Positions 1 through 14,672 of a stretch of 64,000 nucleotides of DNA are shown here, piece by piece. Each line of letters starts with the position of its first letter. Within the stretch, counting starts at the first letter, position 1. This stretch comes from the human T2T-CHM13v2.0 reference genome, Homo sapiens. Under the pieces are notes generated by a model, which worked only from the letters and a program-made list of their open reading frames with translations, was not told the DNA's origin and did not search any database. Made by a program: the position numbers and the translations under genes. The stretch lies in the NCBI RefSeq assembly GCF_009914755.1, contig NC_060939.1. One strand, written 5' to 3'.

Positions 1-49
1 GCTTTAAAATAACCCAGGGGGAGATGTAGGAACATTCAGGAAAAAGATT

Positions 50-175
50 GGGCCAGGCACGGTGGCTCACGCCTGTGAACCCAGACCGAGGCAGGTGGAT
101 TGCTTGAGCCCAGGAGTTCAAGACCAGCCTAGGCAACACAGTAAGACCCCCATGTCTATAAAAAAATTAAAAAAT
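50..175 (+). mobile_element. Alu monomer (FLAM/AluJ left arm)
   Basis: GGCCAGGCACGGTGGCTCACGCCTG...A-tail. Confidence 0.85.
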
Positions 176-249
176 GATTGGCCATTTGTTAATTGTTAAA
201 GCTGATGGGTACATGGGGGTTTATTGCATTTTAGTATTCTACGTCTTTA

Positions 250-395
250 TTTAGAGATGGAGTGTTGCTCTGTTGCCCAGGTTGGAGTGCAGAGGTATAG
301 TCATAGCTCACAGCAGCTTTGAGCTCCTGGGCTCAAGTGATCATCCCACCTCAGCCCCCCAGATAGCTGGAATACAGGCACATGCCACTTTGCTG
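250..395 (-). mobile_element. Old Alu monomer (FRAM/AluJ right arm)
   Basis: Antisense Alu right-arm motifs. Confidence 0.8.
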
Positions 396-654
396 AACTT
401 CTCCCTACGTTTCTATGTTTGAAAAGCTGTATAATACAAGGTTAAGCAAAAAACAAAAAACACGCTATGCTCACACTGGACTTTGAGAGCTCATATGGTA
501 TTTTATGCTGAGCCTTTCTTCCCACTAACGCCCTTAGATTGAATCTTGGCTGCAGTGGGAGATGGAGGTTGCCCTAAAGTGGTGGGATTTACTCCCACTG
601 CTGCTTAAAGAAGATGAGTGAGGCATTACATTACACTCCTTCTTTTCCCCCCCG

Positions 655-928
655 GAATCTCACTCTGTTGCCCAGGCTGAAGGGCAGTGGTGCTGTCTTG
701 GCTAACTGCAACCTCCGCCTCCCAGGCTCATGCGATTCTCCTGCCTCAGACTCTGGAGCAGCTGGAGTTACAGGCATGCGCCAGCACTCCCAGCTAATTT
801 TTGTAGTTTTGGTAGAGATGAGGTTTCTCCATGTTGGCCAGGCTGGTCTCGAATCCTGACCTCAGGTGATCCACCTGCCTCAGCCTCCCAAAGTGCTGGG
901 CTTACAGGCGTGAGCCACCGCGCCCAGC
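655..928 (-). mobile_element. AluS
   Basis: Antisense dimeric Alu. Confidence 0.9.
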
Positions 929-997
929 CTTATTTTTATTTTTATCCCATGACTTTTTTTATCCCATAACTTTTTCTTCCTAAGTTTTTTCCATAAC

Positions 998-1295
<298 letters not shown>

Positions 1296-1583
1296 TAGTT
1301 CCCTGCTTTTGGATGACAGTAATCTTCATCTCATCTGCACCTGTTTCCCCCATTGGACACTTCCCCAGGTTTTGCTGACAGTGGCCTGCTTTTATTTAAT
1401 TTTTATCACATGACTTTTTTTTTTAATCCCATAGCTTTTCATAAAACTTTTTTTGGAATAATTTTTTTTCATAACTTTTTCCACAACTTTTTTCCCACAA
1501 TTTTTTTCCTCAGCCTTTTTTCATAACATTTTTTATCCCATAATGTAACTTTTTAAAAATCCCATAACTTTTTAATCTCATAA

Positions 1584-1885
<302 letters not shown>

Positions 1886-2569
1886 GAACATCTCATAACT
1901 TTTTTAATCCCATTACTTTTTTTAATCCCATAACCTTTTCAGTTTGTGTTCTTTTAATAAACACTTGCATAGTTATATTACAATTTTGTAAAAATAAAAA
2001 CATTATCCCATGCCAAGTGTGCCCAGCACTTGCACAATCTCGATACCTTTAATACTATGGTTTTCAAGACACACAAAATAAAATTTTAAGTCAAAAACAG
2101 CACTTTGCAACAATAACTTATTACATTACAGTAACATCACAGCAGTATTCGATAATGACACTTTAGGCAAAAGTCTTTCAGTATTTCCATTATAAATTCT
2201 ATTTACAAGAATTCGTAAATAGGTAAAAGTTATTCTAAGAAAACTTGACAAATAAAACTTTGGACTGGAATTGGCATTTCTTTCTCTACTTTTCCTTCTC
2301 CAGTTTCTTTCTTTTAAGCTACAGTATTCATATTTTAAAATGTTTTATTTCAAAACATTAAAATAACAGTTACTTTTTTAATAGTTATACTATTATAAAA
2401 TGACTCCTTAAGATAAAGTTTTAAATAAATTATATTCTGGATAGGGCTGATTTACATTTTGAAATTTTCTAAAAATCAGCTTGGTTTTAAAATGGATTTT
2501 TTTTTCATTTCCGGAAAACCTATCAGGTTTAATCAAATACTTTAAAAATGATTATCATATATTGCAATC

Positions 2570-3147
<578 letters not shown>

Positions 3148-3199
3148 TGATAACATTTTGAGTGATACTTATTAAAAAATAAAAAAGTTTTATAGGTAT

Positions 3200-4070
<871 letters not shown>

Positions 4071-4354
4071 GTATGCTAATGATCTCTAATAGATGTCTAA
4101 TAATCAGCAGAGAATATTTTCAGTTTTATCTTCATTGAGTACCTTTTTTAGATTGATAACTAATGAAACATTATTTTTACATTAATTACATTTCCTTAGC
4201 TTTCTTGTGAGGGTTTAGAAGTCAGTCTATACATTTATCCTGGGCTGTATTTTTTTGTGGGCTTTCTAGGGTGGGATGTGAGTACACAGAGTTTACACAT
4301 ACCTCACTGAAACTGTTTTTTTCTTTGCGGCACTGTAAGGGCTGTGGTAATGAA

Positions 4355-4714
<360 letters not shown>

Positions 4715-5074
4715 TTAAGTAAGGGCTAAATGTTGTCGTTTCTTGTTTATCATTAGGAACATGTGATGATGGTAGTGCTGGTGTTGAGGGTGACTGGGCT
4801 CAGAAATGATCATAGGTGCGCCTAGGTTTTGAGGCCTAATTTTCTAGTTTCTAGAAATGAGGTTAGAAACAAGAGTTCTGATCAAAATCTCCCTTGGCTA
4901 TTACTGTTAATATGGTTTGCATCTAGAATGACACAGAAACTCATTACCCATATCTTTTCTATGGCAGTGAGGAAAACAGAGTAAGTTCATGAACATAGGG
5001 ATTTAGCCTTGGGTAACGAGGAAGGGTATGAAGCAAGGTTGCTGACATTTCTAAATGTCTGGAATCTGATTTGA

Positions 5075-5417
<343 letters not shown>

Positions 5418-5473
5418 TCATGGAAACTTTCTCAAGTTCATGATTAATCTTTTCCCATATTTTGAAGTTCTAG

Positions 5474-6308
5474 GACAAGGAGACTGGCTTTCACAGAGGT
5501 TCGGGTTGGGTTCAGTTTTCTTCAGAAGAACTTCAGAATGCACTACAACAGGAAAATCATATTCTAGATGGAGTCAAGTCAATCTGTTTGTATACCAGAT
5601 ACATCTATGATATACATGCAGCTACTATCTGATTATGTATCAATTAAATAGATCATAAATGTGGAACGATGGGGACTTTGAGAGATTTGTAACTGAAGCT
5701 GCCTTCATGCTTGTTAGAATGCTGGGGTGGAAGAGTTCCCAGTTTTAAAGGAGAAGTACAAGAAGACCTGTAATTGTTAGCAAGATATACAGAACACAGT
5801 GCACACAGCAGCGCACTTCTCAAGTCAGGTAAGCTGGGGCTGAAATCTTGCCTTTCCTGCTTATTATGCGATCTTGGGCCAGATTGATTTATATTTTATT
5901 TTTTAATTTATTTGTTTTCGTTGAGACTGGGCCTTTCTATGCTGCAGGTTAGTTTTGAACTCCTAGCCTCAAGCTGTCCTCTTGCCTCAGCCTCCCACAG
6001 TGCTGGGGTTATAGGACTGAGCCACTGTGACTTGCCCAATTTACAATTTTTAATGGAGGGTGAGGGAGTCATAGGAACAACAAAGATGGTAAAGGGAGTT
6101 TGAGGAGAAAACAAATAAAAGAACAAGGTGCACATAAAAACTGCCTGAGTTCTTTTCACTGACTCCCTCATAAAAAGGCGATTTTCAGATCGAATGTTTT
6201 TGCAGACATTGCCTTTCCTTCCTTACAGTGCTTATTTTTTTCCAGCTCCAGGTTCAAGCTCAAAGGCCTAAAGTTTTGCAAACATCTGGTGAAGAGGAAG
6301 ATTTTTGA
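5474..6308 (+). pseudogene. SLIRP: Partial unprocessed SLIRP pseudogene: last two exons (5474-5578, 6246-6308)
   Basis: tag|[35 protein letters not shown] (RRM RNP1 region), then cag|LQVQAQRPKVLQTSGEEEDF*; donor after 5578 is damaged (AAG|tcaat). Symbol is the parent gene. Confidence 0.93.
5895..6038 (-). mobile_element. FLAM/Alu monomer in the SLIRP-derived intron
   Basis: Antisense Alu left-arm motifs. Confidence 0.75.
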
Positions 6309-6419
6309 GACTCTCCCAGCCTATTACATAAAGGAAACATAACCGAGAATTTTGTCTAAAGGTTTTCATTTGAAACAAAGCAAGAGCTTCTTTTCCCCAC
6401 TCCGAATTAAAACACAGCG

Positions 6420-7275
6420 CAACAGGGGCCACATTTATTTGGCAGGACAGTACCAATATGTGAACATCCTCCTCCTCACTGCCGTTGGGGTGACTTGACT
6501 CATAAGCAGCTGTTCTTACACAAAATATTAACCCGAACTGCTAGTGTCACACAGAAGGAAGTGGTCTTGATTGTGTATGTGGGCCAGCATGTTCTACAAA
6601 TGCTGAAAGGTGGGAGAAGCACAAATACAACCCACTCTTTAAAAAAACTAAATAATTCAAAGTAAAATTTTCTATCCCCGCCCCCTCCCCACCCTTGCCT
6701 TCTCCAATAATAAAAAGTAGAATCCAGATTTGGTTTGTATCCTGACCATTCACAAAGTGTCGTGCCACAGCACTTGCATCATTAGGGTTATGGATGATCA
6801 CAGTTCATTTGCTTTGAAGAGACGTGTGTCTGCTCCTTCCTCCTCTTCTTGCCTTCATGCTCATGTTCTCTGGGGCAGCTGCTGAGGGTCTTTGAGGGCC
6901 ACCATGCTGTCTGGCTTCTTCCAAAAATGTGTCCAAATCAAAAGAATCTTCCTCAAACTGAACTGGTCCTTCTCAGCCTCTCGGCTTCTCTGTCTATGGT
7001 CTGAAAAACTCCTTGTTGGGAACAAATCTAGGGAACAAGAGAAAAGACTATGAACTACTTTATTTTCACTGGTGTAAACACTGAAACAGAGTTGTATGGC
7101 TTGATACCTGTTGGTCTTTCTTCTGGCTTCTAGGTCATGACCATACATATCCTTGTCCAGGTTTTTACCAGACCTATAAATACTCTGGGCCATATCTTTA
7201 TTTACCACCTCTCCAGGCTTGATCGTAAACATTATAAATTTTGTCTTCTCCACCTGCAAATCCACTGTCCATACC
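6420..7275 (-). pseudogene. SNW1: Partial unprocessed SNW1 (SKIP) pseudogene: penultimate exon 7108-7275, 80-nt intron 7028-7107, last exon from 7027 with 3'UTR
   Basis: ag|GMDSGFAGGEDKIYNVYDQAWRGGK, a 4-nt insertion, DMAQSIYRSGKNLDKDMYGHDLEARRKTNR|gt..ag|FVPNKEF..GPVQFEEDSFDLDTFLEEARQHGG..EHEGKKRRKE; ancestral stop now CAG (6830-6832); AATAAA at 6434-6439 (-). Symbol is the parent gene. Confidence 0.95.
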
Positions 7276-7425
7276 CTGTAGAAAAGTGGATGACATTAAA
7301 TGAAAATATAAACACCAATTATTAAAAGATGAATCTGACAACATTCATGTGAAGAGTAAACTCTTGCTAATTTGTAGCTCAAATTTTCCACAGCCTGAAC
7401 TGCAAATTGTAAAAAAGTCTTCATT

Positions 7426-7533
7426 GGACTGGGTGTGGTGATTTAGGCCTGTAATCCCAGCACTTTGGGAGGCCGAAGAGGGCAGATCACTTGAGGTCAG
7501 GAGTTCAAGACCAGCCTGGCCAACATGGAGAAA
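7426..7533 (+). mobile_element. Alu left-arm fragment at the SNW1/GOLGA breakpoint
   Basis: Alu sequence stops at CAACATGGAGAAA and GOLGA exon sequence follows directly. Confidence 0.9.
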
Positions 7534-7727
7534 GCCCGGTGGGTCTCCCCACACGCGGAATCGCCCCCGGTCCTTGGGGTTGGGGCTGCCGCCTCTGGCT
7601 CCTTCTGGGCCAAGGCCACTGGGTGAGCCAGGTGCTGGCAACACACCCTTTGCTCCTTCAGCTGCCCATGTAGCTGTGCCTGCTGCTCCTCCTCGGCACT
7701 GACTAAAGCTGAGTTTAAAAAGGCCAC
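7534..7727 (-). pseudogene. GOLGA2-like pseudo-exon ([15 protein letters not shown]...[12 protein letters not shown]), truncated by fusion to an Alu left arm
   Basis: cag|GTG acceptor; homology ends abruptly at 7534 where Alu sequence begins. Confidence 0.9.
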
Positions 7728-7982
7728 CTGCAGGCAAGACATATGCATTCTTGTAGGGGGATACACAGGACAAACGCGGCAGGGAGGGGGAGAGGAGGTC
7801 TTCCTTTGGGGCCTCAGAGGGTGCACCTGTGGGTCACAGGTGAAATGATGTCTGATCACTGGCTCCCAGGGAAGGCACGAGGGTCCAGAGAAATCAGAGG
7901 GCAGGAAACAAAGAGCAAAAGGGGGTCTGGGAGGGACCACAGAGGGAGGCAGCAAAGGTGGGGCAGTGGGAGTCAGGCTCAC

Positions 7983-8068
7983 CATGGCCTCCCGGCTCTT
8001 CAGGTCCTCCAAGATGCTCGGCATGGGCTGAGGCGCCTCCTCCTCCTCCTTACTGCCCAGTTCATCGC
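7983..8068 (-). pseudogene. GOLGA2-like pseudo-exon (DELGSKEEEEAPQPMPSILEDLKSREAM)
   Basis: cag|GC acceptor, ATG|gtgagc donor. Confidence 0.9.
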
Positions 8069-8204
8069 CTGTGAGGGGTGGCCAGAGGGGTCCTCGGACA
8101 ACTCAACAAGGGAGGTACAGTGGGCCATCTCTGTCCCCACCCTCACTGTGTAACCCTGGGCCGGCCCCTTCCCAGAGAGGAATGAGCAGCTGTTCTCTAT
8201 TTTC

Positions 8205-8390
8205 ATTTTTTTTTTCTAAGAGCCAATGTCTCGCTATGTTGCCCAGGCACAGTCCCACTAGCCATCGGTGCGGGAGTTCTGACCTGCTCCCTTTCTGACC
8301 TGGATCCCATCCTTAGGCAACCTGGTGGTCCCCGCTCCCAGGAGGTCACCATATTGATGCCAAACTTAGTGCAGACACCCGGTCAGCATA
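8205..8390 (-). pseudogene. 7SL (SRP RNA) pseudogene fragment in a GOLGA intron
   Basis: Reverse complement reads GGGTGTCTGCACTAAGTTTGGCATCAATATGGTGACCTCCTGGGAGCGGGGACCACCAGGTTGCCTAAGG (7SL S-domain), then GCCTGGGCAACATAGCGAGAC and an A-tail; 5'-truncated. Confidence 0.92.
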
Positions 8391-8497
8391 ATGACCAGCT
8401 GTCTTAAAGGTCTCTTCCAACTCCTCAATCCTACAGTGCTAACAGTCCCCCTTTCCTCCTGGGGCTCTCTCCTCTTCCTCTGAGTGGTGTCCCGTAC

Positions 8498-8573
8498 CTT
8501 CCCCAGGGAGAGCCATGAGGCTCATCTGGGACTGTAGCTGCTGGTTCTGCTGGCTGGTAGCTTCCAGGCGCTC
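8498..8573 (-). pseudogene. GOLGA2-like pseudo-exon ([25 protein letters not shown])
   Basis: tag|GAG acceptor, G|gtacgg donor, 76 nt. Confidence 0.9.
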
Positions 8574-8657
8574 CTAAGGGGCCAGGAAAGAGAATGAGAA
8601 GGCACAGAGGTTGGCAGGTCGTCCCCCTCGGGGCCCCGCCCTCAGTAACTCCCTTGC

Positions 8658-8903
8658 CTGAGTTTCCTTGAGCTCTTGGTGGGCCATCTCGGCCACTGCT
8701 TTGCCCTGAGCTTCCTGCTGCTGCAGCTGGTCCATGAGCTGGGTCTGCAGCAGTAACTGCCTGTGCAGCGCCTCCTTCTCAGAGGTCAGCTGCTGATAGG
8801 CTGCCACCTGCTGCTGCTAAGTGGCCACGTACTGCTGCAGGTGACCCAGGTACTGGCCTCGAGGCCGCTGCAGACTCTGAGCCTGTTGGCTCTCCAGCTC
8901 CAC
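8658..8903 (-). pseudogene. GOLGA2-like pseudo-exon (VELESQQAQSLQ...[14 protein letters not shown]); premature TAG at 8817-8819, donor reads GC
   Basis: ORFs 8817..8999 and 8574..8807 are the same frame split by TAG. Confidence 0.92.
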
Positions 8904-9596
8904 CTGCAGGAAGTCCCTGGGCATGAGGGCAGCTGGTGGCTGGCTTCCAGATTCTGGGCCCATTAATAGGGTAGAGAGGGCACTGTGGGGCTCTGTCACC
9001 TGCCCAGGTCCCTGGCCCCTTGCTCCAGGCCTAAGTGACTGCCCCTACTTGCCTAGAGCCCCATGCCTCCTTCCCCAGCCTCAAATCTCACACCCTTTTC
9101 TCACCATTTAAACTGCAGGCCACAGACTGGAGGAAAAGCAGAGGGAGCCAACCACCATCTGCTAAGTGTGCTACATGCCTAATGTTTCCACGTATTATCT
9201 AATTTAACCCTCAGCACCTCTGCGAAGAAAAAGCTCACTTCCTTTTGAAGTGAAATAAACTGAGACTTAGAGATGCAAAGTAGTTCAATGGTGAGCAGTG
9301 GATCCGAGGCCAGAATTCAGTTTGAATCTAAGGAGGCTCTTATACCATTGCCTCTTTCCCTATGACTGGGGGGCTCCATGCCTCTAGCTGGGATGATGAC
9401 GTCCAGACCTGGGAGGAGCCCAGGGCTACCCACCTCTAAAAGTCAGAGGGCAGGAAGCAAGAAACAATCACAGCACTGCCCTGGAGGGTGCTGGGGTCAC
9501 CTGTCCCCCAGGCTAGAGCTGCCTCTGGCCTCGCACCTCCCTTCCCCAGAGACTGGTGCCCGCCTCCTAGCCCTTCTTCGATGGGGCGGGGGTTAC

Positions 9597-9907
9597 CATC
9601 TGCTTCACCTTGGCCAGCTGCTCCTCGAGCTGGTGATTCTGGGAGAGCGCGTGGCTGATGGTGGTGCGGTCTTTCTGCACGGAGGACCTGCCCGTCTCCC
9701 CCTGCTCCTCCCAGAGCTCTGCTTTCCACTCCCGCAGCCTCTCGTCCTGCTGCCGGTTCAGGTGACTCGAGCCCTCATTGGCTTCCACTTGGGCTTGGAG
9801 CTGTCCTGCCAGACTCTCCAGCGTCTTCCGCAGGTGCTTGATCTCCGCTTGTAGCTGCTGCTCCACCTCCAAGGGTCCTGCTGGGGGCTCCAGGTGTAGG
9901 GGTTCAG
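9597..9907 (-). pseudogene. GOLGA2-like large coiled-coil pseudo-exon ([21 protein letters not shown]...[25 protein letters not shown])
   Basis: ORF 9567..9872 in the track; cag|CT acceptor, ATG|gtaacc donor. Confidence 0.92.
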
Positions 9908-10266
9908 CTGAGAAAGGAAGCAGACAATAAGGGCCTCTGGATTCTCAAAAAACCCTCCTCTTGGTGCACAGCTCCTCTCAGGCTCCCCAAACTTGGCCTC
10001 CCTGCTAATGATTCCTTGCACCCGGGTGGTAGCCAATCTTCCAAGCCACTTTTAGATAGCACTGTGGGTGGCTGACAATCAGCACTCCTCCCTCTTTGCT
10101 GATGGGGACACTGAGGCTCATGGAGATGACAAGACTTGCCATGTCCCCACCTCTTTCCCTGTGCCTCAAAGCCCTTCCATTTACCCACCTCCCTGGGGCA
10201 TTCTAAGCCACCCCCACAGCCCTCTGATGCCAGTCCTGCTTCGAGGTCACCCCAGCCCCAGCTCAC

Positions 10267-10368
10267 CCATCTGGTTCTTCGTTCAGTGGTGAGCAGTGGA
10301 GCTGAGCTTGTCTCCAGTTCCTCTACCTGACGCATGTCATGCTTCTTCTCCTCCTTCAATGTGTGAAC
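10267..10368 (-). pseudogene. GOLGA2-like pseudo-exon (VHTLKEEKKHDMRQVEELETS...), with a small insertion and frameshift
   Basis: gcag|GTT acceptor, G|gtgagc donor; resembles GM130 VHTLREEKE..RVQELETS. Confidence 0.88.
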
Positions 10369-10561
10369 CTGCCCAAAATACAGGGGGAAAGGGCCCTGGA
10401 GAGAGGGGCTGGTGGCTGGACAGGCTACCATCTCCCTCTCTGCCCCCACCTCCACAAAGCCCAGACCGATGACCACCTCTGGCTGTGCTCTTCCCATTGC
10501 ACAGATGGTCAGAACGATCAAGCGACCTCTCCAAGGCGGGGACTGAAGCGTCAGGTCTCAC

Positions 10562-10666
10562 CTGCTCCAACATCTCCTGCATCCTCTGCCACACGCGGCA
10601 TGCTCTCCATGGAGATACTCAGCGTACTCGTCTCTCCATTTGTAGATACTGCAGCCACTCCATCAC
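10562..10666 (-). pseudogene. GOLGA2-like pseudo-exon ([12 protein letters not shown]...WQRMQEMLEQ), frameshifted with in-frame TGA
   Basis: cag|GTG acceptor, CAG|gtgag donor; resembles GM130 VMESVRQLQMER...MQQMSEQ. Confidence 0.88.
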
Positions 10667-10737
10667 CTGCGAGAATTGACACAGAAGTTAGGAAGGGCTG
10701 TCACTGGTCCTCACATACTCCTGGCCACCTGGGGTCA

Positions 10738-11327
<590 letters not shown>

Positions 11328-12137
11328 ATCACAACTCTATTACCAGGAAATAGTGAAAGTGTTGGCTTGAACCTCAGAAGGAAATAAACAGACTCATGAG
11401 CTAGCCATATAAATGTAATCTATAAAATAATGGTTTTCATCCATGATGCTTTATGAAAAAAAATTTTAAGCCCTAACCTTCAGATTCTGATTCCCCAGGT
11501 CCATGGCAGGGCCTCAATTTGTAGATTTTTAGCAGTCTCTAGAGGATTCTATGGCAGGAGAAGAACAAGGACTCAAATTTTTCGGCTCTTGGCTGGAGCC
11601 TCCCCATACCCGGCATGATCCCTAGGCCATGGCCCCAGCTGGATGGGGCTCTCACCACCCCAGGGCTGCAGTAATCCCTCCAGGTGTTCAAGAACCTCTG
11701 GCATACGCCAGGTAGAAAAATGTGTTTCCTTCTGTAGGTCCAAAGCCAGGGATACCATATGTTCTGTATTGATATGAAACAATGACTTGCAATTAAAACA
11801 TATAAATATCCTTCCTACTCCTACCCTCCATCCAATGTGTTTTATTTTTATGAGTTAAATAAGAAAACGAGTGGCAATCGGAGATTTTGTCTAAAAAGTA
11901 TATCTACAGGTATCAGTTCTCATCCAGCCTGATCTCATCCAATATCATATATATTCTCTTACATGTAAAGTTTCAGAAAAGTATCTTCACAATGTAAGAC
12001 TCAGGCACACTAGGAGTTCTATAATAAAACACCAAGTAGATCAGAATGTCCAACCTTACTAGAGAAGAAAAGTGGAATCATTGGCTATATTTTCAAATTG
12101 CATTCAACAGGAAATTTAAGTTTTGAGTTTTTTCCAC

Positions 12138-12246
12138 CTTGAACCTGGGAAGCGGAGGTTGTGGTGAGCTGAGATGGCGCCATTGCACTCCAGCCTGGGC
12201 AACAAGAGCAAAACTCTGCCTCAAAAAAAAAAAAAAAAAAAAAAAA
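12138..12246 (+). mobile_element. Alu 3' fragment (Sp/Sq-like)
   Basis: GGGCAACAAGAGCAAAACTCTG plus poly-A. Confidence 0.85.
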
Positions 12247-12249
12247 TTA

Positions 12250-13363
<1,114 letters not shown>

Positions 13364-13371
13364 TGAGAGGT

Positions 13372-13517
13372 TTTTTTTTTTTTTCCATTATACTTTAAGT
13401 TTTAGGGTACATGTGCACAATGTGTAGGTCTGTTACATATGTATACCTGTGCCATGTTGGTGTGCTGCACCCATTAACTCATCATTTAACATCACGTATA
13501 TCTCCTAATGCTGTCCC
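13372..13517 (-). mobile_element. L1PA 3'-end fragment
   Basis: Poly-T then ATTATACTTTAAGTTTTAGGGTACATGTGCACAATGTG. Confidence 0.9.
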
Positions 13518-14502
13518 TTTTTTTCTCCTCCCTGCCCTTCCCCATCATTGTAGCCAGCAGCAGCTCCAAACTTCACTGCTGCTGGGGAGCAAGTAGTAGA
13601 GGGGAAGGAGGGAGGGAGGAGATGGTGGGCACCAGGGGGACCCTGACCCTCTCCCATGACATTTCCTGCCACCCGCAGCAACAGTGTGGTGTGTCTGGGT
13701 GATCCCAGGCCTGCCACAGAACAGAAACAATGGCTAGAAAAGATGGATATCTCAGTGGTGATCAAGGTGGAAGGATGACTGAGGACGAGGTGTCTCTCTG
13801 CATCCCAATCCCCTGACTTCACATAGAACCAGAGCACTGAGGCACAGCTGACTGCCCAGGAAAGGGACCTTGAATTCAGAAACTCAAGTGTTGCATTTAA
13901 AATCAAGGACTTTAGGATGAAATTTCTCATGCACTGCATTGTGGACAGGGATTCACGGTGTCATGGATGGGGCACCTCCCAGTGCTGGGTTTTGTGTGCA
14001 GCACTTTGTATCCATTCTCTCTGACCTCCCAACAGCCCACTGAAGGAGACATTACCACCCTCATTTCACAGCGGGGTCAGAGGCCACAGGGAGGTCATGG
14101 GGGAGGAGGAGAAGCAGGTACCTCAGTCTGAGGTTTGGACCTCCCCCTCCGACTCTGAGGGCAGTGCTGAGAAGCTCCCTAAGAGGCAGGGACCAGAGCT
14201 GGAGGAGTGGAGACTGTCACAGACCCTTCCGGGGCTGCTGTGCCATTGCTGGAACCTTTTCTATGGAGAGTACTAAGTACCTCTACCTGTAGCACTTTCC
14301 CTGGCTGGAATCCTGCAATTGTCACAGTGGTCTGAGATCCAAGAAGGCAGGGCAGAAGCATTGTGTCCCCTTCCCAGCAGATGCAAGGGAGGCTGGGGGG
14401 TGAGGCACAAGCCCGTGGGAGGGTGAGGGGCAGGATGGGTGCATGGTGAGCCTCTGTTGACTGCTGGCTGCCTCAGCTGGAAGGTCAGGACCCAATGGCT
14501 AT

Positions 14503-14672
14503 TACAGGTTACAATTACAGAAGTATTTTGGATTTCGGATTTTTTCAGATTTTGGAATTCGAAAATCTGAAATCGAAAATGCTCCAATGAGCATTTCCTT
14601 TGAACCTGGCCTTCGAACATCATGTCGGCACTCAAACAGTTTTGGATTTTGATTTTCAGATGAGGGATGCTG
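14503..14672. mobile_element. Tigger4/MER46-like DNA transposon remnant
   Basis: AAAATGCTCCAATGAGCATTTCCTTTGA...CATGTCGGCACTCAAA...AGGGATGCT. Confidence 0.75.

Noticed and set aside
6861-7265. 134-aa ORF as a novel protein
   Set aside because: It is a frameshifted patchwork of SNW1 exon and intron sequence.
8205-8390. Functional 7SL RNA gene
   Set aside because: It lacks the 5' Alu domain and internal promoter and has internal deletions, so it is a retrocopy.
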